The notes under the pieces were generated by a model. The model ran no database searches. It was not told the origin of the DNA and saw nothing but the letters and a program-made list of their open reading frames with translations. From the NCBI GenBank assembly GCA_964016885.1, contig OZ024743.1, positions 171,120,001 to 171,184,000 of the forward strand: a stretch of 64,000 bases of DNA. Direction: 5' to 3'. Below are positions 54,139 through 64,000 of this stretch, piece after piece (the stretch's first letter is position 1; the number at the start of each line of letters is the position of its first letter). This stretch comes from Eledone cirrhosa (Eukaryota). A program made the translations under genes and the position numbers.

Positions 54139-57100
54139 GAAGAAATATTGTAAGAAAAAAGTTACTAACTGATATAGAAATTGATCAGATCAAGCTAGTA
54201 GCACAAAGTCAGCGAAGGGAAAATGAAGCATGTGTCAGTGAAAACGAGGTAAACTGTAACACTTCGAATCCCAGAGTTGGGGCGGAATCACTGGCAACAG
54301 AACAAATTAAAGAAAGGAGCGAAAAAGTGGAGGGAGTGCATGCTCAGGATGAAACTCCAAATGAAAATAATGAGATCGTAAATGATAAAGAAATGAATGA
54401 GAATGAACTTGCCAACTTGAAGGATGAAATTATGATCGAATGGATGAAAATGAAAGAATCTGACATGGGGGAACGAGACACCCTCCCTAAGATCCAGAAC
54501 TCCAAACAGAACCAAAAGATAATACACAAGACTAACACAATTCTCAAAAACATTATCATCACAAACAAACTAAGCATTACTGACTTAAATCATCTCTATT
54601 ATGCATCGGCTAAAGTCACCACTCACTTATGTGGAGTGAAGATGAAAAAACAAAGGAATTCCCACAAGAAATCTACTTGGCAAGATAACATCAATCGCCA
54701 AATAAACCTTCTCCGATCTGACATAGAAATTTTAACAAACTATAAAGTAGGTGAACATGTTAAACAAACTAAACTTAGAAAATTGAAAAAAAAGTACAGT
54801 ATAAGATCAACATGTGACATAGACATGCTGATAGAAACAATCAAGCAAAAAGTGTCGGCCAAAGCTGCTCGTATAAGGCGCTTTGAAAAACGATCTAGAT
54901 TCTATAAGGACAATAATATGTTCAAAAACAACCAAAGAAACTTCTACAGAAAAATTGGTAAGTCAACAATAACTGCTAAATCAATACCACCCAAGGAGGA
55001 AGTGCAAGAATTCTGGGAAAAGATCTGGGCCGAAGAAAAAGTTCATAACATACATGCCCCATGGATAGACAGACAAATGAAAGAAACAGCTCACCTTGAA
55101 GAACAAACATGGGAAAATATAACAGTTGAACAGCTGCAAATGGAAATCCCCTGCAAATGGAAATCCCCAGGAAAAGACAAAATACAAAACTTTTGGATAA
55201 ATGCCTTCACAGAGTCTCATGAGCTGTTAGCCCAACTTTACAATGAAATAGTTAAGGAGCCAGAAAAGATACCATCATGGCTAGTTAACGGCATTACATT
55301 CCTGCTACCGAAGAATGATGAGACAAACAATCCCAAAAATTACAGACCGATAACCTGCTTGACCACAATGTATAAAATTTTAACATCAGTCCTAACTGAA
55401 TACACATATGACCACCTGATAACAAATGACCTATTTCCCATTGAGCAGAAAGGGTGTAAACGAGGCTCATATGGCTGTAAGGATCAGCTTCTGGTTAACA
55501 AAATGATACTGGAAGATTGTCATAATAGACACAAAAATCTATCGATTGCTTGGATAGATTATAAAAAAGCATTTGATAGTTTGCCACACAGTTGGATTGA
55601 AAAATGTTTAGAGATTTTCAAAATATCCCCCGTTATCAGGAGGTTTTTGTCATTCAGTATGAGGACATGGAGAACGACACTCCTTTTGAATAGTGAAACA
55701 AAATCACTGGAAGCTGGAGAAGTTAACATTAATTGTGGAATTTTTCAGGGTGACTCTTTATCACCGCTTTTATTCTGCATCGCACTTATACCATTAAGTA
55801 AAATGCTCAATGAAACAAAACATGGATATAGAGTCTATGACAAAACCATTAATCACCTGTTCTACATGGATGACCTGAAACTATTTGCAAAAAATGATGA
55901 ACAATTGCAAGGGCTATTATCCACTGTGAAGCAGTTCAGTGATGACATTAAAATGGAGTTTGGACTGGATAAATGCGCCAAAGCAACGTTCACCAGAGGA
56001 AAGCTGCTGAAGAGTTCAGACATTAATCTTGATCGGGGGAACGTGATAAGAGAGCTTGATCAAGAACAAACTTACAAATATCTAGGTGTTTGTGAAGGAG
56101 ACGGAATCAAGCACTCGACAATGAGGGAAAGGATAAGGAAGGAATGTTACCGCAGAGTCAGAGCAATCTTAAGAACGGAATTGAATGCAAGGAATAGGAT
56201 CGATGCCATAAACACGCTTGCCATACCAGTAGTAACCTACAGTTACAATGTCATCAACTGGTCAAGCACAGAGATCCGTAGGCTCGATACAAAAATCCGA
56301 AAATTCTTAACCATGCACAGAATGCATCACCCTAAGGCAGACATAGATAGAATATATCTCCCTAGGAAAGAAGGAGGACGTGGGTTAATCCAGTTAGACA
56401 TTGCGTTGAAAACTGCAACAATTGGATTATCCACATATCTAAGGGAATCACATGATTGGATGATCAAACTCGTTTTGAAACACGAAAGCACCAAAAGATC
56501 ATATTCCATTACAAAAGATGCACAAAGATACAGTAATGGACTACAAATTTCAGAAGTCCCATTTACTGCTGAAATGGAAAACACAGAAAAAGCAAAGCAG
56601 GTAAAAGTAACTGCAAAGAAAGAACTGCTACAGAAACTGGCTAAGAAATGGCAAGAAAAGCCTCTGTATGGAAAATACCCAGAGCGAGCTAACAATCCTG
56701 ATGTTGACAAAACTTTAACCCATCAGTGGTTGGCATCCTCTGGACTGAAATCGGGGACTGAAGGACTGATTATATCCGCACAAGATCAGTGTCTGCCAAC
56801 AAAACATTACCAAGCCAACATAATAAAAAATGGGTGCAGCCCATTATGCCGTGTATGCAAAAAACAACCAGAGACCATTGACCATATAATTTCAATGTGC
56901 AGTCCTATAGCTCCAACCGAATACCTAAACAGGCATGACAGAGCTGCACAATACATACATTGGATAATGTGCAAGCATTTTGACCTGCCCCATCAAAAGA
57001 ATTGGTGGGAGCATCAACCACCTCCCATACTTGAAAAAGATCACATCTCAATCTTGTGGAACTTTAGCATCCAAACAGACCGAAAAATAGATGCAAATAG

Positions 57101-57413
57101 ACCTGATATAATATTGAAGGACTTTCAAAGGAGGGTATGCCTGCTAATTGATATGTCTGTTCCAATAGACAAGAATGTATCTATAAAAACATTTGAAAAA
57201 TTGAGCAAGTATAAGGACCTGGAGATAGAAATTGGAAAAATGTGGAAATTGAGAACTAAAACAATACCAGTGGTTGTAGGCGCTCTGGGAATGATACCTA
57301 AGGGGTCTAACGACTACTTATCGCAAATCCCAGGAAACCCGCGTATAGGAGAAATACAAAAGATAGTACTAATGGGAACTGCCCATATACTAAGGAAGAT
57401 CCTGTCAATATAA
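54138..57413 (+). CDS. R4/Dong-clade non-LTR retrotransposon ORF (RT, CCHC knuckle, restriction-like endonuclease), 5'-truncated but uninterrupted
   Basis: Open from 54138 (RRNIVRKKLLTDIEIDQIK); NYRPITCL, WIDYKKAFDS, GIFQGDSLSPLLF, YMDD, CRVC...HIISMC, RHD, RPDII...D...K; (TAA)n on both sides (54081-54137 and ~57553-57570). Confidence 0.93.
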
Positions 57414-57565
57414 GTACATCACAAGTCTAAACACTAAGGATGCATGTGTGAATATGTGTGTTCTTTCTTGAACATGGCGGACCTTGTTGTCTCTTGAGGT
57501 CACTGGTTGTGACTTGGTGATAACTCGTATAAACATAAAGCAAGATAAATGCAAATAATAATAAT

Positions 57566-58179
<614 letters not shown>

Positions 58180-58255
58180 TATTATAATGCTCGGTATTTA
58201 TACTTTGAGCTTACTGATTACAGGGTTTCAGTAATAGTTATTAACTCTAACTTTC

Positions 58256-58329
<74 letters not shown>

Positions 58330-59103
58330 GTGTATATATATATATATATATATATTTTTACACAAATACAGTGTAAGTCGCTTTAACCCATCTTTTATTA
58401 TTCAAAAAACTTCTTGCCAAGAAACATTAACCCTTTTGTGCGCCATTCATCTAACTGTATGTATAGACCGATAAATACCATGTAAACGGAGCGTTGACAA
58501 GAACGATTGCGAATGAATCTTCGAGGTAAGCAGTTTCCTCCCGAGCTGTTAGTTCACGCGGGATTCTCTGCTACACCTTTTCGTAATAATACCGAACAAC
58601 GTACTGCTGGTGACTCCTTCCTCCAAAAGCCGTACAAAGCGGACATGTGCATCGGGTAGATGGATCGGGTGCAAATCTACACCAGGCCTACGCGAGAAAT
58701 TCGCAAGGAACTGCATCGAGAGGGCTAGAGAGAAAGAGTAACTTAGTGGAAAGAGTGCGAATGAACTTTTGAATTAAGTAGCCTACGCCTTACTGCTATG
58801 ACACTGGAACCTCCTGCCAACTTAACCTGTGACTTTCTCTTTCACATTTACTCCAAAAGGCCAAAGAAGAGGAGTATGAAAAGAAGGGGCTCAACAATAT
58901 TTCTATGAACAATGCACGTAGACAGCTAAACTGTACTTTCAACTTCTTAATTTTCTCCAAATAAAACAAATTTCCTGTCGGTATATTTTCGTGAGTTTTT
59001 AACAGGTACTCACAAATAAACGTTTCTCGTTGGAGGTGCTATTTCCAATGTTCTTACACGTGCAACGCCGGGATACACTGCTATTAGTTTATAACTTTGC
59101 CTT

Positions 59104-59690
59104 TTAATCCGTATGGTGAGGAAATGGGGTCCCACGTGCTGGCCTCCCCACAGCCCCAGCGGACAGTTTGGAGAAGGCCTTTCCCCAGAGGAAGGTAAGG
59201 GAGATGCGCTGGAAGAGCCATTCCAACTCGCGAGATTCACACTTGCGGCTGGCCACCTCAGCGCCTATGGTGGTGAATAGAGAGGTAGCCCTAGGGCCAA
59301 GGACACCAGAAGTCTCCACTGCCAAGGGTACGACCGCGAACCTATCGGAGAGCGACCGGTACTTGGAGAGTTTGGCTTCCTCAGCCTGACGTGCAGCAGT
59401 ACCAGGGTTAGTCGCAGACTGCACCAGGTTGCGGCTGGGGTAAGTGTCGCTGCAAGTGGCATCACAGACGAGGGGTTTGCCACCGGAGAACGGGAAGATG
59501 GTCATACCGTCTGGCCTTTTGCCATCCCTCGGTCCAGCACCACCGGCTCGAGCTGGGAGAGGAAGCCTGCAGCGTCCAAGCCATGCTTAATGACCTTGTT
59601 GAGGACAGCATGGCGTGGAACGCAGCCGGCACTGTGGCGACAGGAAAGTGGGTGGAGACCGAAAGAGTCCACGGTCGATCCACAGTACAT
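59104..59690 (-). mobile_element. CRE-clade non-LTR remnant (CCHC/RH and RLE), frameshifted
   Basis: HPLSC...RHAVLN...LEP; DATCSDT...K..KY...PLAVETSG...LFQRISL. Confidence 0.8.
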
Positions 59691-60914
59691 TTATGTGGTT
59701 CGCAGATCCGGAGTCCAAGCCTCGACACACGGTTACACACTAACGCAAATGCACGTATCTTCACTGACGTACACATACATGTATATGGAAACAAATATAC
59801 GGTACTTCTCTCCCGCTACCCCTTCTCTCTTTGTGCGGGCTCTCTCTTTCAATTTCTTCTACACCACTACAAACTTGATCTCTCCGTGTTTCTTTCTCTC
59901 CCTTCTCTCTGTCTCTTTCTGTATTTCTCTCTCTCACCACTCTGTAACACTGCCTCTCTTTTGTTTTTGTGTCTGTTTCTTTCACTCTCTCCCTCTCTCT
60001 TTCCACCGTTCTCACTTATACGTCCTTTCCTACTGTTTATATTTCTACCCTCTCTCACAGACATACAAACACAACAACATTGTATTCTGCAATAGAATTT
60101 GACATTTCACCTCTCCCTAACCAATGGTTCTTACCGGAATGTCAGATCACATTTTTCCTCCTACTGTACATTTTGCTGAAGCAGGCGTAGTTTTCTCGAA
60201 TCCTGCTGTTTTACGATACAGCAATGTACAGAATCATTATACAATCTTTAGGCAATTCTAAATTTCATATTTTAATTTATATACCATTGTAGGCTTTAGC
60301 TTTCCGTTATTTTTGTTATTGTTCTCAATAAGTCCCAGGTTAACCTTTATCTGACAGGCCTATAGTGAAATACATTTAATCTGTGACCATCCCTTGTTAT
60401 TTCTATGTTCAGGGAAACCAGGATAACATTAACCAATGTGTTCTTTTGAGGAAGATTTGGTTTCTATTTTCACCATCATGAACGATTAGATAGAAGCTTC
60501 ATCGTTGGCTCTTTATATTTTACTTAGTATTGTTGTGACTACTGGTTATATATTTAGTGACAATATTCTTTTTAGTCAAGGGAGCCACATTGGCTCCTTT
60601 TCACAAAATTAAACTCTTACAGGACCGCAAAATACAGTTTGTCTAACAATTCAAAGATCTTCGTTGAGAAAGATGAGACTTCCCAAGGTATAAGTAAGAT
60701 TTGACTGCTCTTTCTAACACTGGATGACCACAAAGAATTCCAGTCAAATTTATATATCGACAAATTAAATGACTGAAACTAATGTATAAATGGCTGAGTA
60801 TTTCACGAACTTATGAACACAACGCAATTATTGACATTCGAATCGTTATTTGGACAAGTAAAAAATTGCACCGAAATTTTTTTTAAAATGCACTTATCGA
60901 ACACGAATTGATTC

Positions 60915-61150
60915 TCGGTGGTTCGCTGTGTCCTTGAGCAAGATTCTATTTCACGTTGCTCCAGTCCATTCAATTGGGTAAAAATGAGTTGTACCTGTAA
61001 TTCAAAGTGCTAGCCTTGCCACATATTATGTTATGTTGAATCTCTCTGGGAATTATGTAAAGGGTAGTCATGACTGTGGAATGTGCTGACACTTGTCCGT
61101 TAATTTCACGTTGATCAAACAGCCGAAACACTCCTCGTCAGAATCGACGG
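60915..61150 (+). mobile_element. Diverged SINE of a second family
   Basis: GTGTCCTTGAGCAAG...TTTCACGTTGCTCCAGTCCA core-like body. Confidence 0.5.
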
Positions 61151-61695
61151 TGATCCTACATCTGGCATGGTTTTCATATACATCACTTCCGAAAGATGTT
61201 ATGTACATTCCCCATTGAGTTGATCAGAGCTTATATCTCTCTATACAAAATAGCTAGTTTCTTTGTCCGTTTGTCTCCAGTGCACTTCCAGTGGAACAAT
61301 CAAAACTTGGCATCTGAGTTAGAAATAGGTTTTCCCACTGAAATTAATACCATGCAACATTGCGCAGCTCTAGCATCACTTCTCCATAGTCAGCCATTAA
61401 ACGTACAGTCATTAAACGGTTCACAGGGTAGCGAACTGAGGTTCATGATGTAGGAGGATACATATTGGTGTGTTTAAGTGTGTAAGCTGAAGGGAAAAGG
61501 AAAAGGAATAAGATATACAGTATGTTTAATAAATAAACAGTTTGAAATCCCAGCTATGAATAAAGGCTGACGGTCAGCGCCGTCGTGCGGATTCCAGGGG
61601 AAGCAATGCAAATGAGGTTAATCAGCCCACCTACAGCTGGGCTTTAAAAATGTTTATTTATTTAACATGCCATATATCTTTATATATATGAAATT

Positions 61696-61858
<163 letters not shown>

Positions 61859-62296
61859 CTATTTGAAGCTAAATTTTAAATATATATATATAGAGAGAGA
61901 GTAAGTAAATATTTAAATTATATTTTTTAATTTATTTTAAAAAATTATTTGATTTTTGCTTGTTCTGCTATCTCAATATTATAGTTCTGGTATGTCAAAT
62001 TAATACCATTGAACAACCCTGTATCATAGACAACCTATATATTTCCAGGGGTACTTAGTACCCGTGGGCATATTAACTTCTTTTAATATTCTCCGTTATG
62101 TCGAGAACAAATCTGTTGTTCTATTTAGCTGCTATTTTTAGTAGTGTAGTAGACAACACGTCTATGTTTACTTCCGCTTTTGCTACGGACTAGTTCATGT
62201 ACAGGTCAAATTTTGGCCTCACTCGATCTTGTGCTAGCTAGCAGATGGCAATATATTTTGCCGTTCCTGGGACTTTAGCCCTAGGAAAGGAAAATG

Positions 62297-62377
62297 GTTC
62301 TCTGATGAACTTTACTTTTCCATTAGAAATCCCATGGATTTCTAATGTTTTGTAAAGGGAAACCGATCGGTAAGAGC
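62297..62377 (+). ncRNA. Type I hammerhead ribozyme with extended stem II
   Basis: GTTCT-CTGATGA-a-CTTTAC...CATTAGAAATCC cat GGATTTCTAATG...GTAAAG-g-GAA-ACCGATCGGT-A-AGAGC; palindromic stem III; GUA site after 62372. Confidence 0.82.
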
Positions 62378-62782
62378 AACTTAGAGTAAGTAAATATTTA
62401 AATTATATTTTTGAATTTATTTAAAAAAATTGTTTGATTTTTGCTTGTTCTGCTTATCTCAATATTATAGTTCTGGTATGTCAAATTAATACCATTGAAC
62501 AACCCTGTATCATAGACAACCTATATATTTCCAGGGGTACTTAGTACCCGTGGGCATATTAACTTCTTTTAATATTCTCCGTTATGTAGAGAACAAATCT
62601 GTTGTTCTATTTAGCTGCTATTTTTAGTAGTGTAGTAGACAACACGTCTATGTTTACTTCCGCTTTTGCTACGGACTAGTTCATGTACAGGTCAAATTTT
62701 GGCCTCACTCGATCTTGTGCTAGCTAGCAGATGGCAATATATTTTGCCGTTCCTGGGACTTTAGCCCTAGGAAAGGAAAATG

Positions 62783-62863
62783 GTTCTCTGATGAACTTTA
62801 CTTTTCCATTAGAAATCCCATGGCTTTCTAATGTTTTGTAAAGGGAAACCGATCGGTAAGAGC
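62783..62863 (+). ncRNA. Type I hammerhead ribozyme, second tandem copy
   Basis: Same motif 486 nt downstream; site after 62858. Confidence 0.82.
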
Positions 62864-62974
62864 AACTTAGAGTAAGTAAATATTTAAATTATATTTTTTA
62901 ATTTATTTTAAAAAATTGTTTGATTTTTGCTTGTTCTGCTTATCTCAATATATATATATATATATATATATATT

Positions 62975-63076
62975 TACGGGGTAACAAATAATAGTTAAAT
63001 GCAGTCCACTTAGGTAAAGTCCAGTTATGGTATTCCAGGTAGTGGACTGCATTTAACTATTATTTGTTACCCCGTA
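62975..63076. repeat. 36-bp perfect inverted repeat with 30-nt spacer at the 5' end of the Naiad ORF
   Basis: 62975-63010 is the reverse complement of 63041-63076. Confidence 0.9.
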
Positions 63077-63125
63077 TATTTAGCTCCCACCTGGTCGAGC
63101 AACACCATTAACGCACGGCAACAAC

Positions 63126-64000
63126 ATGGAGAAGCACCGTATAGGTATGTCACTGAAAAACATACCTATACCTACAAAAAAAGGACTATACACTGGGCAT
63201 GATACGACGGACTAATGATTTCATCCGCAGGGTCCGATGGAAAGCTTACCATTTCGATAAGGGACCGAATACCAACGGAAAGGAATTTTCTAAGGAGAAT
63301 TACGGGTTTAAATCCTGCAAAAACCCGCCAAACAACCCCGCACTCGATGCCTTCGAGCTGGACCTTATGAACATGATAAGTGAAACTAAATTTAAAAAAG
63401 GAACAAATCACAACAAATTGCAAAATGACTTAAATATATTACTAAAAAAACTAAAAGACACTAACGGTATCATAGTAAAAGCAGACAAAACATCAAACGT
63501 ATACTCTATGGACATTAACACATACAATAGCTTTATCCAGCGTGAACTACATAAACAATATAAAAAAACAAATGAATCTACACTCACCAGCATTAACATG
63601 GAGGGCCTCAAGATAGTTAATAAACTCGGAATTCCAGATAGGACCGAACCACTAACCCCGTGCAACCCAACATTTAACCTGAAGCATCACAAAAATAACT
63701 TTGAAACTAATCCCACCATTAGATTAATATGCCCATCCAAGTCAGACATAGGTAAAATTAGCAAGAACATTCTAGATAGGGTAATCGCACAAATAAAGGG
63801 TAAACTAGAAATCAATTTATGGGGCAACACTAACGAGGCATTTAAATGGTTCAATAAAATACAAAATAGGGAGACGTGTAACTTCATACAATTTGATATA
63901 GACGACTACTATGCATCCATATCCCCAGCTACCCTAGATAAGGCGCTTATATTTGCCCAAAATAACTCTGATCTTACCCATGATGAAATTGAAATAATAA
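63126..64000 (+). CDS. Naiad-type Penelope-like RT, N-terminal part (runs off the window; one extra A in the A7 run at ~63176-63182)
   Basis: Manual translation: MSLKNIPIP / RRVRWKAYHF / ENYGFKS / ADKTSNVY / KHHKNNF..P.IRLICPSKSDIG / QFDIDDYYASI; open from 63181 to the window end; absent from the ORF track. Confidence 0.85.

Larger units (their letters stand above)
61898..62950 (+). repeat. 485/486-bp tandem unit (2.2 copies), one hammerhead per unit, between TA tracts
   Basis: Units start at 61898, 62383 and 62869 and are nearly identical. Confidence 0.92.

Noticed and set aside
63126-64000. Selenoprotein-type Naiad
   Set aside because: There is no in-frame TGA in the visible ORF or in the 4039-4245 fragment; the hairpin at ~62190-62240 lacks the AUGA SECIS core.

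Overview
AT-rich, microsatellite-laden animal genomic DNA with no recognisable host gene. The SINEs and RTE LINEs suggest an octopod cephalopod (inference). The window is a layered transposon nest. It holds four partial copies of one Penelope-like element (PLE; RT + Cys-rich linker + GIY-YIG) arranged as two fold-back pairs, a Naiad-type PLE ORF running off the right edge, three RTE LINEs with a PHD finger inside the RT (one nested in a TIR-bounded Tc1/mariner), an almost intact R4/Dong LINE in (TAA)n, CR1- and CRE-type remnants, a decayed Helitron with both termini, a small non-autonomous LTR element with a tRNA-Trp PBS, a 5S pseudogene and several tRNA-derived SINEs. The most striking signal is about 9 different non-coding repeat families inserted into (TA)n tracts. 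Each carries a type I hammerhead ribozyme fold (canonical or core-variant). Most are inverted (fold-back) duplications and/or 469-486-nt tandem units, i.e. a PLE/retrozyme system predicted to release unit-length, possibly circular, RNAs. All structures were read by eye; boundaries are approximate to a few bases unless stated.
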